Part shown: positions 1-9,139 of the stretch, in pieces
Numbering within the stretch: the stretch's first letter is position 1
How the letters are laid out: each line of letters starts with the position of its first letter
The notes under the pieces: model-generated
Databases searched by the model: none
Told to the model about the DNA's origin: nothing
What the model saw: only the letters and a program-made list of their open reading frames with translations
Program-made: the position numbers and the translations under genes
Assembly: GCA_029953675.1 (NCBI GenBank)
Contig: JAMWBK010000003.1
Span: 744,001 to 808,000, forward strand
From: Rhodosorus marinus CCMP1338
Taxonomy: Eukaryota; Plantae; Rhodophyta
Length of the DNA: 64,000 nucleotides
Reading direction: 5' to 3'

Positions 1-331
1 GCAGGGGACTGCCGCCTCCAGAAATGCGCAGCTTAGTAGGAGCAATCGACGGACTTACATTCCGGGAAACATTCTTCCCGGTGTGTCCCTGGGGTTGAGT
101 GTAACTTCAGAAGTGCGAAATAATGGCTACGGAAACGCACAGTTGTGGTCCAGCTATTCCAACGGTCCTCACACCCTCAATTTAGGTTACGCGAACGATG
201 CGGACGCCGTTCTACAGCAAGGGGGTGGGGGCGTTCCGTTCATCCGTTTGCAACCTTCGCTGAGGTTTGATATTGATGCGCCGTACATGTGCTCCGAGCT
301 TCAGAAGAGGCGACAAGGAGGGCGAGGATAA
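1..331 (+). CDS. Possible 3' end of a protein-coding gene entering from the left edge (unidentified)
   Basis: Frame is open from position 2 to TAA at 331 (QGTAASRNAQLSRSNRRTYIPGNILPGVSLGLSVTSEVRNNGYG...); no family recognised. Confidence 0.3.
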   Translation, partial: QGTAASRNAQLSRSNRRTYIPGNILPGVSLGLSVTSEVRNNGYGNAQLWSSYSNGPHTLNLGYANDADAVLQQGGGGVPFIRLQPSLRFDIDAPYMCSELQKRRQGGRG

Positions 332-1683
332 GCAGATTTGCGAACGAACGCTAACAAGATTTTGTATAAAAGATAGATGAAAAGTTTTGCCTGACGATCC
401 GTCAGATGTTGGAGGTTGGCCACATCTCCGCCTTGGAGGTCTCTTATCAAGTCTTCTCATTCAAAAATCCAGCGCTGCTCTGGTTCGTTTGCGCGCTTAC
501 AACTGCGCGGGTAGAGCCCGGGTTGACATACTTTTAAGGCTCTAGCGTCTGAAACCCCACGATGGTAGAAAACGCAGATTGAACGCGGGTTTCTGATCAC
601 CCCTTCCTCGCCGGCGCCTGCTTTCTCGTCTATGGTCTGCAATCGATTTTTTTGTATTCACGGAGCGCAATCTGGCTTTTGGAGTGCGAGAGATTGTAGC
701 GTCATCGCGCAGATCAAGCAAGTAAACCCTATTCAGTTTGCTCAAGCCTATATATCGATCCCTTCACGAACAAACTCCAAATCGGGTCTTCGGTGAAAGA
801 GTCTTGCTAATTTGCGAACGCCGTGCTCATGCTTTAAGAGCAGTAACAGCGCTTCCAATGTCTCAAGCGTTTGGGCTCTGTACAACAATGCCTTTCTCCG
901 CTAGAGTTCATTGTCATCATCATCACCACACACTCGACTATTCAGAGACACCCCAACCCCAAGAGGGGGGGGGGTTGGAAGTTGGGTGAAACATGATAGG
1001 GAAACGGGCCTCGAAAACTAAGCTGGCGGCGTCAGAGCACCACAGAAAAAATACTTCAGCGAATTGAGAAAGAACTCGAGTGATTGTCATCGCGTCCGCA
1101 AAAACAGCCCACGAAAAAGCCGATCCACACCAAAACTTTCGATCAACCCGAAAGGACCAATTCGAACCTCAAACGACAGGCGGGACAATATCCGCGTGTC
1201 ACAGTCGATTGCAGGGAGCTCACGTTTTCGTAAAAGTCTCCAGAGTACACATCCTCCTTCTGGCGACGCATCATTCCGGCAGTTGACGCCACGGCTCCCC
1301 ACCCCCTCCCCCAACGCCTGGCGACAGCCTGTCCCATGCCATTTTGACTGGAGAAGAAGAGGAAACGAACTGCTCATTGTCGGTGACAATGGGGGATAAG
1401 ATGTGGATGGATGTTTCGGCTTTGGGACGTGAGGGCTTGATGTTTACGTAAGATAATTTTCTCTGATAATCGCTGAGTCTGGTGTGAAAGGAGCTCTAGC
1501 CTGCAGAAGTACGCGCAACTTTTTGTACTTGTGGTAGAAGTGCTTGTTCGGGAAGGTTAGGATTTGGTTTGAACTAGGACGCCCCGAGAGGGGGAAAGGC
1601 GGGGGGGGTGTTGGGTACCTGAAGACCTGGCGGAAGACGAGGCTTTGGACGGCGGCAACTAGTAAAGGTGGGAGGTGGTTATC

Positions 1684-2289
1684 ATGATCATTCCCGTGCG
1701 TTGCTTCACGTGTGGCAAGGTATGTTTGGTGTGTTCCTACTTGTTTGAAAACCTTCAAGGGCATGGCGATCGTTGGAAATCCTGATGTACAGGGCCTATC
1801 ATCAAGCGGATTCGTGTGGAAGAGGAGCTTGGACGCAGCTTGTCTTAGGATCTAAATGTTTAAGGCTAAAAAGTCGGTGCTCAAAGTCATGTTTCTCGTA
1901 TTTTTTCTCTTTTGCTGTCTCTTTATCATGGGAATAGGTTGTCGGAAACAAATGGTATGCGTACTTGACTCTCCTGAGTGAAGAAAAGACGGAAGGGTGA
2001 GCTCTAGAATTACAACCGCCTTTTTGTCCCCTTGTGATTACTACTTAGCGAGCTCTGATGAAGCTTCACTGGCTCCCGACGGGGGATTGTGGACGTAGAG
2101 CATCCGAAGGCATGCGTCAGGGTCTGAACCGTTCTGCTCTTATTTATTATGTCCTCCATATTCGCTCTGACTAGGCAAGCGCTAGACTTACTTGGGCTGA
2201 CGAGATACTGCTGTAGAAGAATGGTTCTTACCCACGTTGATCTTATCGAGAAGCTACTTATGTACAACACTTATGAAGCCCGGGAGTAA
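1684..2289 (+). CDS. RPB10: RNA polymerase I/II/III common subunit RPB10 (RPABC5), 3 exons: 1684-1719, 1938-1996, 2175-2289
   Basis: Spliced translation [12 protein letters not shown]|[20 protein letters not shown]|[37 protein letters not shown]; CxxC and YCCRRM zinc motifs; GT-AG introns. Confidence 0.97.
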
Positions 2290-2319
2290 CTATACAGTAA
2301 ACGCATCCAATAATTGCTT

Positions 2320-3282
2320 TCAAACTTGTGTGTCTTTGAACCATTGGAGAGTGTCTTTCAATCCAGTTTCCAGTGAAACTGGCTGACCAAACTCTGGAAA
2401 TGCTTCCGCGAAATTTGAATCAACCACGAAGTCCGTGTCGAACATGTAGCTCATCTCCATTACCTCCCTAAGTGCGGGCATAAACAAGGACACAACGGAC
2501 TTCAAGAACCCTGGCATCTCCGATGTCGCTCCATTCTCAACACCTGCGAGCTTCGGAAAGTCCTCAAACTTTGCTGGTGGAGCGTTCGGAACGTGCCATG
2601 CTTTCCCCCATGCTTTCTCGTTCATTCCAGCAATCGCTAGAGCCTTTGCAAAATCGTCGATGTGGGTGACGGAATGAAGCTTATTCTTCCTCACCACCAC
2701 AGACGCTGATTTCCCCTTGGCCAGCTTTGAGAAGAACATGGAGCCGAGATGTGAATTCGTCACTCCGGGCCCATAAAAGTCGCTTGCACGAACCATTGCA
2801 GTCTTGCATCGCCCAGCTTTTTCAGCATCTTCAAGCATACGGCACAGCTGTGCTCTCAGAAAAGACTTCTTGTACTTGCCATTGAAATCGGAGGTGGCGT
2901 ACGGAAGCTCTGTCGTAACCGTCTTCGCGTCAATGACCTTCTCGGGGTCGTAACAGTACAGGTTGTCCGCCAGTACGAGCGTTGCTCCATTCCTCTCCGC
3001 AGCAGTGATACTGTTCCCTACAGTTTTTGGGAATCCCTCAGACCAGCTCTGGAAGGAGTATTTGAGACCAACGCAGTGGTAGATGACAGAAGCACCCTCG
3101 CACGCCTTCAAGAGCTCGCTCTCAACTGTCGCGTCAGCCGAAATGTGTGGCAAGTCCAACCCCTTGACGCTCTGGGATCGGCTCACTGTACGAACGCTTT
3201 TTCCCGCACCTTGCAGGTGCTTCGCCAACTTCACTCCCGACGGCCCGCTGGCCCCTACAACCACGTGCAGACTCATTATCAT
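2320..3282 (-). CDS. NAD-dependent epimerase/dehydratase, atypical SDR of bacterial type, intronless
   Basis: 320-aa ORF with N-terminal VVVGASGPSG Rossmann motif, LVLADNLYCY, VRASDFYGPG and AWHVPNAPP, as recalled for bacterial atypical SDR subgroup 3. Confidence 0.85.
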   Translation of the reverse strand: MIMSLHVVVGASGPSGVKLAKHLQGAGKSVRTVSRSQSVKGLDLPHISADATVESELLKACEGASVIYHCVGLKYSFQSWSEGFPKTVGNSITAAERNGATLVLADNLYCYDPEKVIDAKTVTTELPYATSDFNGKYKKSFLRAQLCRMLEDAEKAGRCKTAMVRASDFYGPGVTNSHLGSMFFSKLAKGKSASVVVRKNKLHSVTHIDDFAKALAIAGMNEKAWGKAWHVPNAPPAKFEDFPKLAGVENGATSEMPGFLKSVVSLFMPALREVMEMSYMFDTDFVVDSNFAEAFPEFGQPVSLETGLKDTLQWFKDTQV

Positions 3283-4099
3283 GCTCTTCGAACGACTCTC
3301 AGATAAACCTCCAGATCCACAGATCCTAACTACCTTACCCTACTACTCCTCGAGCAGGTCGTATCCTCGCGACATGCCCACTCGATTATAGCCACCTGCC
3401 GTTCACCTCCCAGCCTCGACAAACGCTAAAGTTGATAGCCTATCTTGCTGAACACGATCAATACCAAACAATATATCTCAACCGTAGCAGAAACCGAGAA
3501 GAAGATCCTTACCCCTTCCCGTTTTGCGGATAATTTAATTTCTTGCATTTAGAAAATAATTAAGAAGGTTTATGATGTAATATAGGAAAGGTCAATACTG
3601 GGGGCTTCGAGAGTTTAGAAGATATGCTGGAGTGTGCATGAAGTTTCGCGACCATGCAAGGATTCTTCTCTGAAAGAAAGTTGGCGGAAGGTCCACACTG
3701 TGTAATAGACTTGTCATGGCTTTCTCGTACAATGTCTTTCTAGCCTTCTGGCTCATCTTTCTTTGTTTTTTTTTCTGGAGTTGTTGGTGACACAGGGTTG
3801 TTGCCCCCTCCCCCCACCCCTTCCATCCAGTTCCCTTCTCACGCGGAAAAGGAGGATATGGCTCCGGCAAGCCTTATACAAACCGTACCATACGGAGCAG
3901 AGCAAAAACTGAGGCGACCGTGGTTGGTTTGATATTGAAATATGGATAACAGGTAAGATTGGAGTAAAAGCATTCCTCGTTCGTCACTTGTTTCACACTA
4001 TTCCCACCAGGAAACCCTCCTCCAACTCCCACGAAAACCTTAATCGCCGGGATTCAAACCAAAGTTGTATGTTTTGTGAATACTTTTTACAAAGTAATG

Positions 4100-4390
4100 T
4101 AGCACATCCAGGTAAACGGGAAAAAAAACAATTCTTGAATATTTCATATTCTTAATCCAGAACAGAATCGGATATGTTTTTTGATGTTTTAGCCATGGCG
4201 ATGTTAAAGACCTTTTTTGAAATTTTTTTATTAATACGAAAAACGGGTTTATTTGGACATCCAGATATCGACTCTAATTATTCAATATTTCATATTTCTA
4301 ATCGAGAATGGATTTTCGATATGAGTTTTTGAATGTTTTTCGACGGCTGAGGTGAATATATATTTTTGAAATTTGTGCAATAGATTTGTC
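4100..4390. repeat. Two degenerate tandem copies of a ~146-152 bp AT-rich unit
   Basis: ATTTCATATT at 4141 and 4287; CATCCAG near 4106 and 4258; similar downstream GATATG...TTTTTGA...TTTTTGAAATTT text. Confidence 0.5.
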
Positions 4391-4849
4391 ATTGTGCAGA
4401 AGTGGAAATTGGGATTGGATTTTGGCAAGGGGGGGATGTGCAACTATTTGTCAAAAGTATTCACAAAACATATAACTTGGGTATGACGACGAGGGGTTGT
4501 GCGGAGTTTGGAGGTAGCTTTTTGGTGACATGGGTTTGCTAGCGAGCTACAGCTGCAAGTGACGAACGAGGATGCTCTATTCCAATCTTAATTTTCTCGA
4601 GATCCCAAATGTTAACAAACGACACTCGCACACGGGGATGAGCGAGTACATATGTTGTTGCTGTTTTTTTTCTAACCGTTGTTGGAGGCTGTCAGTAGCG
4701 GAGCCACCACATTCGGCTGGATAAGTGGAGAAATCAGGGTCTTGCGTTTGTTAAGTATTTCGTAGAGGATCTTGTCAGCAACGCAACGCGCACCCAGCGT
4801 TTTTTTTCTCTGACCCTGTTCTCGGATTTCTTACGCGTCGATGGGGCTG

Positions 4850-5420
4850 TGGCATTGGCGCATAGTGAACCGACTTGACGAGTCGTGAGTTCACTCTGTG
4901 GATGGACAGCTTTTCGACAATTATGTCTCAACCTGTTCCCAATGACGCTACTCATCGTCCGGGCCTGTTTCAGGACGATGAAGATGGTGGGACGGCGTCA
5001 AGAATTTTTGAGCTCGTGGGAAACTGCGACGGTGTATCCAAAGATCTGCTTCCCTGTCAGTAGCGAGCTTTGGCTCGATGGGCAGGTTATTTCTCCCTGC
5101 CGTTCATCGAAACTGATGCATTGCGTTCTTGTTTGCGTTTCCACCAAGCATTATGGTGTGGCTCATACGGGTATTGAGCACTGATGCTGAACTGGAAACC
5201 TGGACCAATGCTTAGTTTGTGGATCCCAGCACTAAGTGATACCATCAACGGCGACTGAATCACGGCTCTGTGAGGTGTTAAGATGTTTCCCATTTGAGGC
5301 GGACGCCTCTGGACAGGGCTTCTGCTCTTGGGATTGAACTCTCAGCCAGAGTCCCGTCCATCGCAAACGGGTACGGGAAAGCTAGCTTCACTAGTGGAGT
5401 CTGCGTTCAAATGGGAACTT
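4850..5420 (+). mobile_element. Decayed Ty3/gypsy-like integrase fragment
   Basis: Frame of ORF 4885-5184 and beyond reads LWLDGQVISP...KHYGVAHTGIEH*...DQCLVC...VIP...EVLR, resembling the HHCC zinc region of gypsy integrases; several stops. Confidence 0.4.
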
Positions 5421-5549
5421 GAGCAGTTGAGAATATAGTTGAATCTGAAAAGCAAGCTTCCCATACGACCGGACAACGTTTCGTGAAAAGCTTTCAAAGC
5501 GTAGTTTACCACGACGCCTTTTCACCCCAAGTCACAGGTTATTCATGTC

Positions 5550-6200
5550 AAAGTTCAGTTTAAATAGCCTATATATACGATGGGATCTCAACTAATGGTA
5601 CTAGCAGAAGCAGCCGACGCAAAGCTAGGAGCAATAGCCGGCTCCGAAGTAGTCTGTCACTGCACGAAAATACGGAATGTGTCTCCTGAGCAAAGGTGTG
5701 CTTGCATATTATCAACATACACCAAGACCTGAAGCAAGAAAGAAGCTGGACTCCCGTCAGCCGGGAACGGGCATCCTACAAGGAACTACATATCGATCGG
5801 GTGGTAGCTAGCTGATGCCAACATAAAAGTCTGCCATACTAGCAAACAACCTAACCAGACGAAAAAAGCCATGTTAGATCTTCCTGCAGAGGCAAGCACA
5901 AAACATACCTCATCCGAAGAAATAAGTCGTCAAATACGTCAGACTTGCAAAATCCCTCAACACAATAAGTTTGTTTGTTTTTCAGACAGGGATAACTGTT
6001 TAGTTTTGCAATCTCATCCTCGTAAATACATTTGTCCGTTAAAAGTGAGAATAAAAACCACATCTCGCACTTAACAAAGCAGCAACCAAAAGTCCTTCCA
6101 GCAAACGGCACCTACCTGATGTGAAAATACACCTGCCAAAACACACACCACCTACCAGATCCTCAGGTTTCCGTCAAAGCTTCTCTTCACGAAACTATCG
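5550..6200 (-). ncRNA. Putative spliced non-coding snoRNA host transcript
   Basis: CAG|GTAGGT donor at 6115 and CTGCAG acceptor at 5884 bracket the snoRNA; a further TTCAG acceptor at 5729 has a CTGAC branch-like motif; no long ORF; GT-rich 5' region like the UTRs of neighbouring genes. Confidence 0.5.
5935..6024 (-). ncRNA. snR38: Box C/D snoRNA, snR38/SNORD1 homologue (predicted guide for LSU rRNA Gm2815, yeast numbering)
   Basis: TACG/CGTA terminal stem; C-like box AGGATGA (6020-6014); guide CAGTTATCCCTGT (5998-5986) directly followed by D' CTGA (5985-5982); D box CTGA (5942-5939); internal TTGCAAAA/TTTTGCAA stem; guide is the exact complement of rRNA ACAGGGAUAACUG. Confidence 0.88.
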
Positions 6201-6423
6201 AATGACATTTAACAGAGATCGCATGATTAGTATTCAAGGAGTCAATGACCATCGAGATCGGGGACTAGGCTAGCAACTATCCCCACCCATACCTCCCCCC
6301 GCACCCTCTTAGCAAGCAGTCCATTAGTCCACCTCCACCGGCGATCGCCATTTCCTTAAAAACCCATTAAAAACCGTCCATTTCATCAAACCGATCAAAA
6401 ATATATATATAAACAACATTTAT

Positions 6424-6716
6424 CTACTCTACCACTTCCCAAAATATTAACCAACAAAACTGCAACACGTGTTACCATAATCTTCATCAATTGGATAAAA
6501 TCTGAAATAGTGGATTACTCCAGAAAGTGAGTAATATCTAATTAAAAACTACCACGTGTTTTAATAATCTTCGTTTATTGGTCTAAATCTGTGGATTTGG
6601 AGAGATGGTAATCACTCTCGCTACTTTACTACTTTTAGAAAGTAACTAATTAATTTAATACACGTGTTGTGTAATTATGTTTTAATTGGTTAAAATGTGA
6701 TGAAGTGGAGAAGTAG
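6424..6716. repeat. Imperfect inverted-repeat element (MITE-like) containing three CACGTG G-boxes
   Basis: Left arm CTACTCTACCACTTC...TTAACCAACAAAAC...CAACACGTGT resembles the reverse complement of the right arm CTACTTCTCCACTTC...TTAACCAATTAAAAC...CAACACGTGT; CACGTG at 6466, 6553 and 6661. Confidence 0.55.
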
Positions 6717-6848
6717 TTTCGTATGGGGACGTCGAGGGTTTTTAGTTTTGGTTGGAATGGTCTTGAGGAAGACGGGGAATGCATGAAAAAAAAAGAGGAG
6801 AAAACGATCAAAATGGGATAATTTTGAAGGTTTCTTTTTGTGGTTTTT

Positions 6849-6878
6849 GGTGGTGGTGGTGGTGGTGGTGGTGGTGGT
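6849..6878. repeat. (GGT)10 microsatellite upstream of the PHR2-like gene
   Basis: Direct reading. Confidence 0.95.
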
Positions 6879-7100
6879 GAGAGTTTTTAGCTTTGTATGA
6901 ACGGGAGGGCTGTCTACGTCCTCTTTGTTTTATTTTTCCAGTTGTTTGGACGACTGAAGGATTTTGTTTTTCTTGTTCAGGAGGGTTTTCGAACAGGGCG
7001 TTAGAGCGGTGTTGTTGCTTTTTTTCTTCCTTTTTTTTGTGGGGGGAGGGGAGAGAGTGGGGTTTGTGTTTGTTTGGGAGTAATCGACAAAACGGGTGAA

Positions 7101-9044
7101 ATGACTGAGGAAGCATTTGTCCCGTCAGTGAATGGAGATCGATCGGGAGCAGGATCATCTCTGGCTCCAAAGAAACATTCTCTGTCGTAAGTTGTTTCCT
7201 TTGAATATTTGTCATACTCTGCGTCTGTGGGTTTTTGAGGGAGGAGGCTTGTAGTTTCCCCTGTGAACGGGTTTGTTTGAGTTGGTCTTTTAAGGCCCAA
7301 AATTTTGAACTGTGTTTGTGTCAAGCAGTAGAATGTGTCCCTTTTTGATTCTAGTTCCTGAACTGCTTTGTCTTGGTGTTGCAATCACAGGGATGGAACT
7401 AGCAAGATTCTCGTGGTGGAAACAAAACATGGCTGTTCATTCCGAACGTCGAAAATGTCAGAGCACACGCCTAAACGGCATCTTCGAAGAGAGAACGTCG
7501 ATCAGTCTGCGAAAACGGCGTGTCCGAGCATCGGCAAGGTGGGGAATTATTGGACACAATGCTTCAGCTTTTAAAAGGCCCTGACTTGGCGATCTAGCAT
7601 TGAAATCTGAAGGTCTCAATCCGTTTCGCGCCTCTCAACAGACCGGTAAGACGCTGATGTGGTTTCGGAATGATTTAAGACTAAGCGCTAACAAGACCCT
7701 TCAGAAAGCGGTCAAAGAATCGTCAGTCCTTCTGCCGGTCTTCTTTTTCGACCCAGACCTGTTTCAGGCTGATGTATTAGAACAAACTAGGACAAGTGAG
7801 CATCCGCTATCGTTCATTGCCGCACGCCATGATTACAATTCTTGAAAATCCGGCCCATTCACCGTTGCGTTTTCCGGATTGTGTTGTTCAATAGGCCCAT
7901 CAGATGTGATGTTCCTGTTGGAGTCTGTGGCTGCTCTCCGAGAAGAGCTGAGAAAGATCGACTCGGACCTGTACATACAGCGCGGAAGCCCAGAGCTGAT
8001 GATCCCAGCCCTTGTCGACCAGTTTGAGTTTTCAACTGTAGTGTTTCAGAAAGGCTTTAGTCGCCTCGACGTTGAGGCTGAAGCTGCTCTCGAGCAGGTA
8101 TGCGTCGTGCTTATTTCAATGGATTTCGATTTAGAAGTTTGACGCTGAAACTAACCGATTTTCTTCTCCTGCGCTGCTTTTTACCAGGTAATGAATGAAC
8201 GTCATCCTTCAGTATCTTTGAAGCCAGTCTTTGGAAACATGCTCTTCGATCCGGACCAGAGCCCGTTCGAGGTGCAGAATTGCCCACCTCTATTCTCGGA
8301 TTTCCGCGATCTTTTGGAAGGAGCTGGAACCATAGAGGTAGTCTCTGACAAGGTTAAAGCTATCCCGCGCCTTCCTCTCTTGTAAGTTGCGAAGCATGCA
8401 ATGAAATCAATTCAGAAGCGGAGCAGTGGCCGAAAAGATATTTTGGTACTGACTACTCTACCAACTTTTTTACTGAACTTGTGTGCGTTATGACTATCAG
8501 GTACGAACGCTCCGATGACTTACCGACCGTCGAATCGATTAGTGGGGTCAAGTACAGCGGTGAAAATAGGAAGCAGAAAGCTGGTGAAGAAGCAGCAATT
8601 GCGGAAGTGACATCATTACTTCGTGAGATGCAGATCGAGCTTCAATCCGAGAATGTGCTATTCGGTTCAAAGTATCAGAACCAGAAAGACGACGAACTGA
8701 TACCACTTATCAAGCCATGGCTGAAAACTGGAGCGATAAGCCCAGCGCAAATCTTCTCGCTCTGTGACGAAATACATCCGCGGGTGAGCTTTCGAACCAA
8801 ACATGACGAGTTTCCTTTGCGCCTTGCTCTTAGGCTTTTGGTCTAGAATTTTCCTACTGATGAGATCAAAGCCCCTTGCTTCGGTGAACAGATTACGGAG
8901 AGCGTTGTCTATATGGATCTAGTCTACGCCGAATTTTCGAAGCTCTCCAACCTGAGGAGACTTGCGGAAGAGTTGGCGGAAGAGGAGGCAGTAGGATTGA
9001 ACACACCCGCGGAAGGTAGCAAGCTTCTCGCAACAGCGGGCTGA
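7101..9044 (+). CDS. PHR2: Photolyase/cryptochrome family protein of PHR2 type (antenna domain, truncated FAD domain), ~7 exons
   Basis: Spliced frames give LMWFRNDLRLSAN, LLPVFFFDP, VMFLLESVAALREELRK, FGNMLFDPDQSPF, AGEEAAIAEV, IKPWLKTGAISPAQIF; the protein ends soon after (TGA 9042-9044). Confidence 0.85.
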
Positions 9045-9139
9045 GCGGCGTTTCTTTTGAGTAAGTTCTTTTTTGATTTTTTTTTCGTAGGATGTACATA
9101 TTAATAGATAGGTATTCAAGGCATGGTTTTTCCTTTGTC

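Noticed and set aside
340-1400. Minus-strand gene suggested by several short ORFs
   Set aside because: No splice combination gave a recognisable or plausible protein
1997-2174. C/D snoRNA in RPB10 intron 2 (TGATGA ... CTGA)
   Set aside because: No convincing rRNA complement next to either CTGA and no terminal stem
6808-7215. Poly-His ORF on the minus strand
   Set aside because: Antisense reading of the (GGT)10 microsatellite and the PHR2 leader
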